This document shows positions 55,364 through 64,000 of a stretch of DNA of 64,000 bases, piece by piece; the stretch's first letter is position 1; each line of letters opens with the position of its first letter. The notes beneath the pieces are model-generated. The model was not told the DNA's origin and made no database searches. It saw only the letters and a program-made list of their open reading frames with translations. The position numbers and the translations under genes were made by a program. This DNA comes from Azolla caroliniana (Eukaryota > Plantae > Polypodiophyta), in contig JBHGNT010000010.1 of NCBI GenBank assembly GCA_043228905.1, forward strand, positions 2,170,001-2,234,000, in the 5' to 3' direction.

Positions 55364-56143
55364 TTTTGTTTTTTTCTTAAACAAATCTATACCATAGTTT
55401 TCATTACCAATCCAATAAGTGTATACAAAGCATATAATGATACAATCTAGTGGAGGGTAAGATAACAGAGAAAGATATATCCCCCACTAAGTCATAATTG
55501 AAATCAAACTCCACCTATGGAGGACACAACCATCGAGGGGTACATATTGCCAAACCATTTTGTCATTTTTCTACACAAAGATGAACACATCCTTCCATTT
55601 TGCTTTAAAGGATTGTTGTTTCGGAAAAATGGTATCTTCATTACCAGTGAAGGAGTCATATTGACCTTTTAAAATTGAAATAAGCATTGACCAAATTTCC
55701 TTCACACAATGAACAAGATTTTGCTTTGTTTGCTGAAACACATTTTTGCATCGATCTATCCAAATATTCAACAGAACCGCCGATGATATCGTAGCCCATA
55801 TTGTGGCATCCACATTCAACCGATTTGAGCTTGAATATGGTATGTCCTTAACTTACCTTCACCTTGCTTGAAGGGTAAATAATATCTTTTGTCTTTCATA
55901 ATTATGCTTATACACATTTACATCCATCCAAAAGACATTTCCCTACATTAGGTCCATATGCAACATCAATGAGGCGCAACATACGCTTCCAAATAGAACA
56001 TGCAACCATACAGTTCCATAACGCACGTTGCATTGATTCCAAATGAAACCCACAAAAAGAGCAAGTTTTGATTCCCTCTTCCCTATGCATCCATTCCAAG
56101 ACTGAAAGTGCATAGTGTTGACTTGGTGTGCTTCGTTTATCAT
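55364..56143 (-). mobile_element. LINE 3' relic (zf-RVT)
   Basis: 'CSFCGFHLESMQRALWNC' and 'NIWIDRCKNVFQ' on the minus strand; T-rich tail at ~55364-55378. Confidence 0.7.
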
Positions 56144-56516
56144 TAACTAGCTAGGGTAAACGATTAAGCCACTTTATGTCACTAATTTACTTCTTAGTTA
56201 ATTAAAAAGCTATTCAAGAGAGGAGAGGAAGAGTTCACTTACATCATAATATATGAGTGTTAATAGCTTGAGAGTGCTTGATGTTCACTCTCATCTGTTT
56301 CACCAATGAAAGGGTAAATAATGATTCAAACTCTACATATGACCTTGGTAAGGAGATGGAACTCTAACAAAGAGAAAGACGTGCACACAGTGTAAACTCT
56401 TCCTCTTAGAGCACTTGGTTTTGCATAGTCATTGTTGGAGGAGGTGACACCATGGGAGGCTGCATCATCACAAAGGAGTGAGACAATGAAAGGAGCAAAA
56501 GCAGTATGCACGAAAT

Positions 56517-56794
56517 TGTTAGGATTTCGGTCCCTCTGGATGGGATATGTGTACCCGGCAAGGAAGGCCCGGTGAGAACCGGAGGACGCAGGCCTGGTGA
56601 GAACCTCTCACCGGATGAAGGGACACATATATAAATATGTTCCAGAGAGCCCATTGGGGCTATATCTGTAAATAACCCGAAAGTCATATTAGTATAAATA
56701 TGACCTAGGGCAAATAGTATTTGTGCATATCATTGAGTGTTGTCATTTTGTTGTATATAGTTATTGGTGTAACTACTGTACAGAGTGGAGGAGA

Positions 56795-56833
<39 letters not shown>

Positions 56834-57608
56834 TCTGTTGTAGCCGCTGCCAGGCGAAGGTTGAGAGCAAGAGGTTGTTGCCTCTGTGCTCCCTTTTGTA
56901 TTCCTCTCGATATAGTGATAGTTGGAGTTTGTGGACTCCCGTGGTTTTTCCCTCTTAGGGTTTTCCACGTTAACATACTGTGTACTTTCTCTCTCTCTCT
57001 CTCATATTGTTTGTGTATACGTGCATCTCTTCCTATTCCCATCTTTCTGCGTGGTTGATTCTAAGACTCGGTTGTGGCCGAGAAATATTCCGCATATTCT
57101 TGTCAATATGGTATTAGAGCGAAACAACACAGAAAATGGAAGATTCATTTGGCGGCATGTTCAAGCTCATCGGCTCCAACTACTCGGTGTGGAAGTCGAA
57201 GATGAGGGACATGCTCATGGTTAAAGATCTTGGGGTTGCCGGTTCAGTTCGGGGACAAGAGACCGGACAAGATCGATGCCACGATATGGGAGGTGATGCA
57301 CATGAAGACAATGGCGTACATATGGTGCTTCATCGACATGAGCTTGTACAACAACTTCAATGAAGAGAGTAAGGCTCATGACCGCTGGGAGAAGATCGAC
57401 ATTATGTTTCAGAACAAGAATGCCGTTAATTGGGTTTTGGTATTCCGGAAGCTAGTGCGGCTTCGGTACCAAGATGGCTCTAGTATGGCAGAGCACATGA
57501 ATGCCTTCCAGAGGCTGATTTACCAGGCAACATCGTTGGAAGTACCTCTCGTCGATGAGGTACTAGCATTACTCCTGCTCGGTTCCCTCTCGGATAGCTG
57601 AGAGACGT
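56517..57608 (+). mobile_element. Old Ty1/Copia element: 5' LTR (~56517-57105), tRNA-iMet PBS (57109-57120), disrupted gag
   Basis: PBS TGGTATTAGAGC is one mismatch from TGGTATCAGAGC. Gag 'KLIGSNYSVWKSKMRDML...SMAEHMNAF...ALLLLGSLSDS*ET' has a frameshift near 57232 and a TGA at 57599. The LTR 5' boundary is approximate. Confidence 0.85.
57136..57608 (+). pseudogene. Copia gag (UBN2-type) pseudogene fragment
   Basis: ORFs 57136..57363 and 57230..57601 join into a Copia gag N-terminus, truncated by the Gypsy insertion. Confidence 0.8.
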
Positions 57609-58406
57609 TGTCGTGAAGAAAACCGTCCGTAGGCGGAATCGGCGCACCAAGGCGTGGGAACCGGTTCTTCACGCGCGCACGCTCCAAGTTGTACATAGAA
57701 GCGAATTAGGAGGATAATCGGCAGGAACGGGCCCTAACACAAGTGGAGACAAAGACCGCGCGAACAGTCTTTTCGGTCGCGCGCGCGAGCGAAGGAACTG
57801 TACGAGTCGGCGGCGTAACTACGCGGATGCGTGAAGGACGGAGCGGATCCCTGTCCAAAAGGGACAGGGAATAAAGCTGACATGACGGCCTGCTCGTCGG
57901 CCTATATATGGAGCAGGAAAGAGCTGTTGCAGGGATCTCGCGCAGAGAGGACGAAGTGCTGTCGGACCGTTTCTGGACGCTTCTCTCTCTGTTTCCTTCC
58001 TTCTTGAGCTCCATAGCTTTCTGTGCAGGGTTCCGAGGAGGCTCGCGTTGTTTCGAGGAACGCCCGAGTGCTTCCGGCAGCACCTCCGACCTGCTACCCC
58101 CCCCCTTTTTGTGCGTCGAAGCGAACAAGCATCGGCATCTGTTCGCCGGCCTGTTCGGTTGTAACCAACCTGTGCCCCATCGAGGGTTGTAGTCGTGTTA
58201 GCCATTTTCTTAATATACATATTTAGTCATTCGCATCTGTCTGTGTCGGTGTTTGTTCGCGTTCTCCGTGCTGAAGGGCCGTGTCCCTGTGTATCCCCGG
58301 TCCTGCGCAGCAGGTTCTCTCTCTTTCTCCTCCCTCGCTTGCTCTTTGGTTCGAGACCCCCGCGGTCCCGCCTCGTTTCCACACGCACTTGCATGATATC
58401 TCGACA
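57609..58406 (+). repeat. 5' LTR of the Gypsy element (798 bp)
   Basis: Starts TGTCG and ends CGACA (5-bp inverted termini); TATA-like 'ctatatat' at ~57902; PBS follows 4 nt later. Confidence 0.88.
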
Positions 58407-58410
58407 TCTT

Positions 58411-58428
58411 TGGTGAACCCGACGTGAA
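58411..58428 (+). promoter_or_regulatory. Primer-binding site complementary to tRNA-Trp
   Basis: TGGTGAACCCGACGTGAA is the reverse complement of TTCACGTCGGGTTCA-CCA, the 3' end of plant cytosolic tRNA-Trp as recalled. Confidence 0.85.
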
Positions 58429-58450
58429 GGAGGCGGCAGAAGAGCAGAAG

Positions 58451-60577
58451 ATGAGGGGGTCGGATCTTGCAGAGGCCATGGCTTCGGCTGTGGATCAGAT
58501 TGTAAACGCGCGCGAGGGCACCGATGCCCTCGACAGAGCTATTGAGGCGGTCGTCGACACGATCGGCCGGTTCGATGGGAAGGATGCCACGAAGTATTTG
58601 GCGTCCTACGGTGCAGAGATGCTGATGCGGGACATTCCGGAAGAAAGGCGTCTTGCCGGATTTCCCCGAGTGGCGATGCCGAGCATCCATGCGGAGGTGC
58701 TCGAGGTGCGGACGGAGAGCCGTACCTGGGAGGAGTTCGAAGGTCGGCTCCTAGAGAAATACGGGCTGGACGACGCGCTCCGGCTTTCGAAGCGAAGGTT
58801 CATGGAATGGGTGGAGTCCCCGGGGAAGGGAAGAAACGCGTCGGCACTCCTCCGGGAGTTCAAGGAAAACTTTGCGCGCCTTTCGGCGCTCGACCGAACC
58901 ATCCTGGACACGAGCCGGGTCTTGCTGTTTGTCAAGTCGGTCGACGAGCGGGATCGGGAGCAAGTGGGCCTCTTGCTGGAAACCGAAGACGGGCTCACTA
59001 CCGACTGGGCGGCTGTCAAGAAGGTCTGTGGCCGTTTCGACAAACGGCGAGAATGGGCGGATAACGGGGCAACCGGGTCGGGCTCGGTCGCAGCAAGGAA
59101 GCTCGAACCAGCGCCACAGGTGCGAAAGGAAGAGACCCGAGAGTGGTTGGAAACCGGTTCGGCTTCGACCGGCGTAGTCAGAGGCTCAACCGGAGGAGCG
59201 GCGCTGGAGGAATTGACGAAGGCGATAAAGGACCTCCAAATCGCGCAGGCCCGAAGGGAAGGAGGCGAACCGGCTCGTGACCGACGGCCGGCGGCAGGAA
59301 ACAGGTGCATGTGGTGCGATGAAGTCGGCCACATTCGGAAGGACTGCGGCGACTTCGCGGAGGCGCTGAGGAACAGGGTGGTGTACCTGTGGGAAGGACG
59401 GGTGCATGCCAGCGACACCCGAAGGGCCCTGAGCCGAAACGACGGGCGAGGTGGTATGAAAAGGTTGATGGAAGAGGCGGCGGCCCGACACGCGGAAACC
59501 GTCCACTACTCGGCGTCGGCCGACATTCGAGTCGGGGGCGGCGAGGCCCGAAGGGAAAGCAAAGCCGGATTCTGGCCGACGATGCTGGAAGGCCTTGCCG
59601 GTGCAAGGCTTAAAGGGGAGGAATCGGACCGTGCGGAGAAACGGGTACGGGAGATGACCGGGTGGAGCGACCCGGTCGAGGAAAGGACGGGCTTCGTGGA
59701 AGCCGCTTGCCAGAACTACGAGGCTCTGGTAGAAGAGAAGCGGGTGGGGAAACCCGGGACGACCGGGCCCTCACAACGATACGAGACCCGGTCCGGGCCA
59801 CGACGGGACGAAGCCGGCGGGGCCGGTACGCAAGATAAACCCCAGAAGGGCGGGTACCGTCTGGGGACGGAGATAGAAAGGACCACGGACTTACGAAAGG
59901 TCCTGGAGGAACGGATCCTCGACAGCAAGGTGGAGCTGTCGTTACGAGAGGTGCTGGGAATCGCCAAGAAGGAGTTCCACGACTCCATCGTGGACTTGGT
60001 GAAACGGAAGAGGCTGTCGACGGAGACAGAACCGGAAAGACCGGTGGAAGTGCGGACGACGCACCTAGACGACATGGCGCTGGGAGACGAGTGGGCGGAA
60101 AGCCACTATTCGAGACCACACTGGGCCCGAGCGACCACGGAAACCCCGGTGAAGATCGGCGATGTCCAGGAACCGGTGATAGCTTTGGTGGACCACGGAT
60201 CGGAGATCAATTTGATGTCCATGGACTTCTATAAGAAGGGCAAATGGCCGATCAACACCAAGCACGGGTGGAAAATAAGGGCAGCAACGCGCGCCACCGA
60301 GGAACTGCACGGGGCCTGTCCGAATGTGCGAGTCAAGATCGGCGACGTCGAGATTGACCAGCACTTCTTCGTGCAGGAGACGTCTTCGCATCCGGTCATA
60401 CTGGGAGAGCCGTACATCACGGCGGCGCGAATGGAGACCAAGGTGCTGGACAATGGTTCGGCCTACGCGAGGGTCAAAAGCCAAGACGGGCGCCATTCGG
60501 TCCAGTTTCTGACGGTACGGCCGAACCACGAACGTAACCGCGACTCCCTCGGTTCCGAAAACCGAGAGGATTTTTAG
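58451..60577 (+). CDS. gag: Gypsy ORF1: Gag with CCHC knuckle plus aspartic protease
   Basis: First ATG at 58451. 'FDGKDATKYL', zinc knuckle 'CMWCDEVGHIRKDC', protease 'ALVDHGSEINLM...VILGEPY'. Confidence 0.9.
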   Translation: MRGSDLAEAMASAVDQIVNAREGTDALDRAIEAVVDTIGRFDGKDATKYLASYGAEMLMRDIPEERRLAGFPRVAMPSIHAEVLEVRTESRTWEEFEGRLLEKYGLDDALRLSKRRFMEWVESPGKGRNASALLREFKENFARLSALDRTILDTSRVLLFVKSVDERDREQVGLLLETEDGLTTDWAAVKKVCGRFDKRREWADNGATGSGSVAARKLEPAPQVRKEETREWLETGSASTGVVRGSTGGAALEELTKAIKDLQIAQARREGGEPARDRRPAAGNRCMWCDEVGHIRKDCGDFAEALRNRVVYLWEGRVHASDTRRALSRNDGRGGMKRLMEEAAARHAETVHYSASADIRVGGGEARRESKAGFWPTMLEGLAGARLKGEESDRAEKRVREMTGWSDPVEERTGFVEAACQNYEALVEEKRVGKPGTTGPSQRYETRSGPRRDEAGGAGTQDKPQKGGYRLGTEIERTTDLRKVLEERILDSKVELSLREVLGIAKKEFHDSIVDLVKRKRLSTETEPERPVEVRTTHLDDMALGDEWAESHYSRPHWARATTETPVKIGDVQEPVIALVDHGSEINLMSMDFYKKGKWPINTKHGWKIRAATRATEELHGACPNVRVKIGDVEIDQHFFVQETSSHPVILGEPYITAARMETKVLDNGSAYARVKSQDGRHSVQFLTVRPNHERNRDSLGSENREDF

Positions 60578-63500
60578 AGAGGACTGCCAAGGCGTGGGGC
60601 CGCGACAGTCCGGATGCTCCGGGAAAACCCCACATCTGTACGATAAAACCGTGTACAATAGGTAGGAAATTTTGCTTCTCCGACAGCGGAGCATGTACGG
60701 TGGTCGGCATCGCCGGCCGAGAGAAAACAAAGACGGAGGGGAGACTTCGAGCGTGCGGAGTTCTCGGCCCTGACGAAGAAATCAGTGGCGCCGTGGAGGC
60801 GGTCTCCTTCGACGACACCTTGGGAATGCTGGGGAAGGTAGTCGAAGAGGACCTTAACGAAGACCGGACGATACCGGTATGTTCCGAAGAAATGTACGAA
60901 GTCATCGCGGATTTCGGTCGGGGGCTCGAGTCGGATCGGACGGCCCGAGTAAGCACCAAGTACAAGACTGTGGACCGGAAGGTAAGGCCAGTCGCGGTAC
61001 CGTTACCGGAGGGCAGCGAGTCGCGAATCAAAGGGGTTGCATCGGACCCCAGTTTACGAGATCCGGCCTGTATAGGACACACCTTCACCAACGAGACGCT
61101 CCGGGAGCTCAAAATCGGTGGGGGCGGGTTCCTACTACCGGCGGAGGAAGACCGGTTTCGGAGAATGCTCGGAAGGCACGGGAAAGCCTTCGCATTCTCA
61201 CCGGAGGAAATCGGGTGCGTAAACCCGACGATCGTAGAGCCGATGGTGATATTCACGGTACCGCATGTACCGTGGAATCTCAAGCCAATTCCGGTTCCGA
61301 GAGCTCACATCCCGAAGTTGATGGAGCTGTTGAAGCAGAAAGTTGATATGGGCATTCTCGAGCCGTCGAGCGCCCCGTATTCAAACCGATGGTTTACCGT
61401 ACCAAAGAAAAACGGATCATTGCGCTTCATTCAGGACCTGCAACCGGTCAATAGGGTGACCATTCGGAACGCAGGGATTGGACCGACCATAGACGAGTTC
61501 GCGGAGGCCTTCGCCGGAAGGTCGATTTACTCGGTCGGTGATCTATACTCAGGGTACGACCAGTTCCAGCTAGCCGTGGAGAGCAGAGACATTACGACGA
61601 TGCGAACTCCCCTCGGCCTAGTGCGGATGTGTACGCTACCACAAGGAGGGACCAACTCGGTGGCCCACATGGTGAATGCGATGAACAAGGTTCTGAGGGA
61701 CTGCATCCCGGACATCACCATGCCGTTTCTAGACGACATCCCGATCAAGGGATGCCCGGTAGCAGAAAAGGACGAGACGATCGGGCCGGACGGGTGCCGG
61801 CGATTCGTGGCGACGCACACCGACGACTGCGAGAAGGTGCTGCAAAGGCTAGAGGCTGCGAGGCTCACCTTCTCGGGGGAGAAATCAGCCTTCGGGCAGT
61901 CGGAAATCATGGTGGTCGGACATTTATGTGGACCATATGGCCGGAAACCGTCTCCGGCAAAGGTAGAAGCCATCTCCGCGATGAAGCCTGATTGCAGCTC
62001 GGTCACGGAAGTACGAAGATTCTTGGGGGCATGCGCCTTCTACTACATATGGATCCCGCATTACGCGCACGTCGCGGAGCCGTTGTACGGATTATTGAAG
62101 AAAGGGCGAAGATTCGAATGGCTAGACAAGCACACGGAGTCGGTCCGAAAGCTGAAGGAGGCTCTTTCGGCAGCACCGGCGCTCCGAAAGGCCGTCTACA
62201 GGAAGGGCACCCCAGTGTACATAACGGTTGACACGAGTCCGACCGGAATCGGGTGGGTCGCCAACCAAGAAGACGAGGACGGCAATCGGTTCCCGATCCG
62301 ATTCGGCGCGAAGGTCCTCAGTGAGCGGCAGCGAGGATACGCCCAGGTTAAACGCGAACTCTGGGGTATCGTTTCGGCGGTGAAGGCCGACAAGGACTAT
62401 CTGATCGGGACAGAGGTAATCATAGAGACGGATTGCATGCCGATTCTCGGCATGGTTTCCGGATGCGCGACGCCGGACCTGGCAATGCTCAGGTGGATAG
62501 CGTACATCAAGTCCCTGGACCCGGAAATACGACACATTTCCGGGAAAGACAACGCCATGGCCGACATGCTTTCAAGGGCGAGATTCGATGACGAGGGCGG
62601 CATGGTTTCGGAGGACGAAGAGGTCGGCGTGGACTTCTTCGAGGCAACATACGTAACAACCGGCGGGACGAGCACTCCGGCGCTTAACGACTTCGACGCG
62701 AGCAAGTACGACGGGGAGTGGCTGCAGATCGGCGGGTTCTTGAGGACAATGGCGCCGGATGCGTCATGGACGAAAGACGAGGCCAACCGGATCCGGAAGA
62801 AAGCGTACCGGTTCTTTCTCCGAGATGGCTATCTATGGAAGCACCCGAAGAAGAGGGACGGCGCTCCGCTCCGGGTGGTGGCGATGAAGGAAGAACAGGA
62901 GGAGCTGCTGACGGCCTACCACGACAGCCCTTGGGCCGGACACCGTGGAACTTGGGCCACGTTCGAGAAGATAAAGGAGAAGTACTGGTGGCCGGGACTG
63001 TACCGGGACGTGCATCGATTAGTGACAACTTGCGAGAGCTGTCAGATGCACTCCGTGGTCCGACACCGGGACGAGCTTCACCCTACGTACCCTCCGACCA
63101 TCCACTTCAAATGGATGGTAGATCTGGTGACGATGCCAATGGGGGTAGGACAGATGCGGTACCTGGTCGTAGCGCGGGAGGATCTGACGAACCAGGTGGA
63201 AGGCCGGGCCCTTCCGAACAAAACGACCGCGGCCGTATGTCGGTTCCTAGTCGAGGACGTGATATGCCGGTACGGGTGCGTCGGGGAAGATCGTGGCTGA
63301 CCGAGGGGAGTTGGACGCCGAAGAAGCCGCGGAGCTGTTCGACCGGCTGGGAGTCAAGCTCTCGCTCACCACTGCCTATAATCCGGAGGCGAATGGAAAG
63401 GTGGAGCGCGGACACGGACCGATCGTCAAGGCGCTGGTTCGAGCATGCGGAGGCCAAGTCGGTAACTGGCCTCGGCTGCTACCTTATGCTTTGTGGGCAG

Positions 63501-64000
63501 ACCGGACCACGCACAGTTCGGTAACCGGGTACATGCCGACGGAGCTCATGTTCGGCCAGAAGCCGATCATGCCGATAGAACGGGCGATCTCCTCGTGGGC
63601 AACGGTCGACTGGAGGGACGAGATGAGCCGGGAGGAGTTGTTGGCCGCGCGTATACGACAGCTCGAGCGGAGACCGGAGGACGTGGAACTGGCTGCGGAG
63701 AAGCTCCGGGTGGCGAGGACAAAGAACAAAGCCAGGTTCGACCGAACGCACCGGCTCCGACCAAAGAAAATCGACGAAGGTGACTGGGTGCTCGTCTACG
63801 ACAGCAGCCTCGACAACCAGCACCGAGCTACACGGAAGTTCGCACGAAGGTGGTTCGGGCCTTACGTGGTTCGGAGCGCCAATGACAACGGGACATATCA
63901 CCTGGCGGAACTAGACGACACGAGAATGGCGATACCGGTTGCAGGGAAGCGGATCAAAGCGTTCAAGAAGCGACACGACGACGAGCCAGACCCGGCTCTC
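60538..64000 (+). CDS. pol: Gypsy Pol (RT, RNase H, integrase) in the -1 frame; one 1-nt insertion in integrase
   Basis: Frame open 60538-63300. RT 'LRFIQDLQPVN', 'DLYSGYDQ', 'LPQGGTNS', 'FLDDI'; RNase H 'VDTSPTGIG', 'KRELWG', 'ETDC', 'NAMADMLSR'; integrase HHCC 'H...H...CESCQ' and 'VDLV'. After the frameshift at 63283-63286 it continues 'KIVADRGE...YNPEANGKVER...WFGPY' to the window end. Confidence 0.92.

Larger units (their letters stand above)
57609..64000 (+). mobile_element. Young Ty3/Gypsy LTR retrotransposon (continues past the window end)
   Basis: Abrupt GC jump; LTR TGTCG...CGACA; PBS; domain order gag-PR-RT-RNase H-integrase. Confidence 0.96.

Noticed and set aside
58606-63901. Long antisense and alternative-frame ORFs in the Gypsy element
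   Set aside because: GC-rich codon-bias shadows without motifs; no evidence for an env-like or extra gene inside the window.
57609-64000. Bacterial or fungal contamination suggested by the GC jump
   Set aside because: The junction coincides exactly with an LTR TG terminus inside a host Copia gag, which fits a genuine integration.

Overview
Eukaryotic land-plant nuclear DNA: AT-rich and microsatellite-rich between genes, with spliceosomal introns. The PLS-type PPR gene and overall style suggest a fern or another seed-free plant (inference). Eight protein-coding genes can be modelled: an HLS1-like GNAT acetyltransferase, a GT34 glycosyltransferase, a CYP72-clan P450, a DUF506 protein, a class I/II PLP aminotransferase, a UBA2C-like double-RRM protein, a PLS-E PPR protein and a CYP703-like P450. 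Between them lie decayed LINE, Copia, Gypsy and hAT relics, a small hAT-like MITE family and many two-copy tandem duplications. The last 7.5 kb is an old Copia element (LTR, Met PBS, broken gag) interrupted by a young, GC-rich Ty3/Gypsy element. That element has an 18-nt tRNA-Trp primer site and a gag-protease ORF joined to pol by an apparent programmed -1 frameshift (G_GAU_UUU plus a pseudoknot). Other highlights are oppositely oriented telomere-type (CCCTAA)n and (TTAGGG)n tracts inside one coding sequence, a ~50-bp-arm hairpin upstream of DUF506, and a GC-AG intron.
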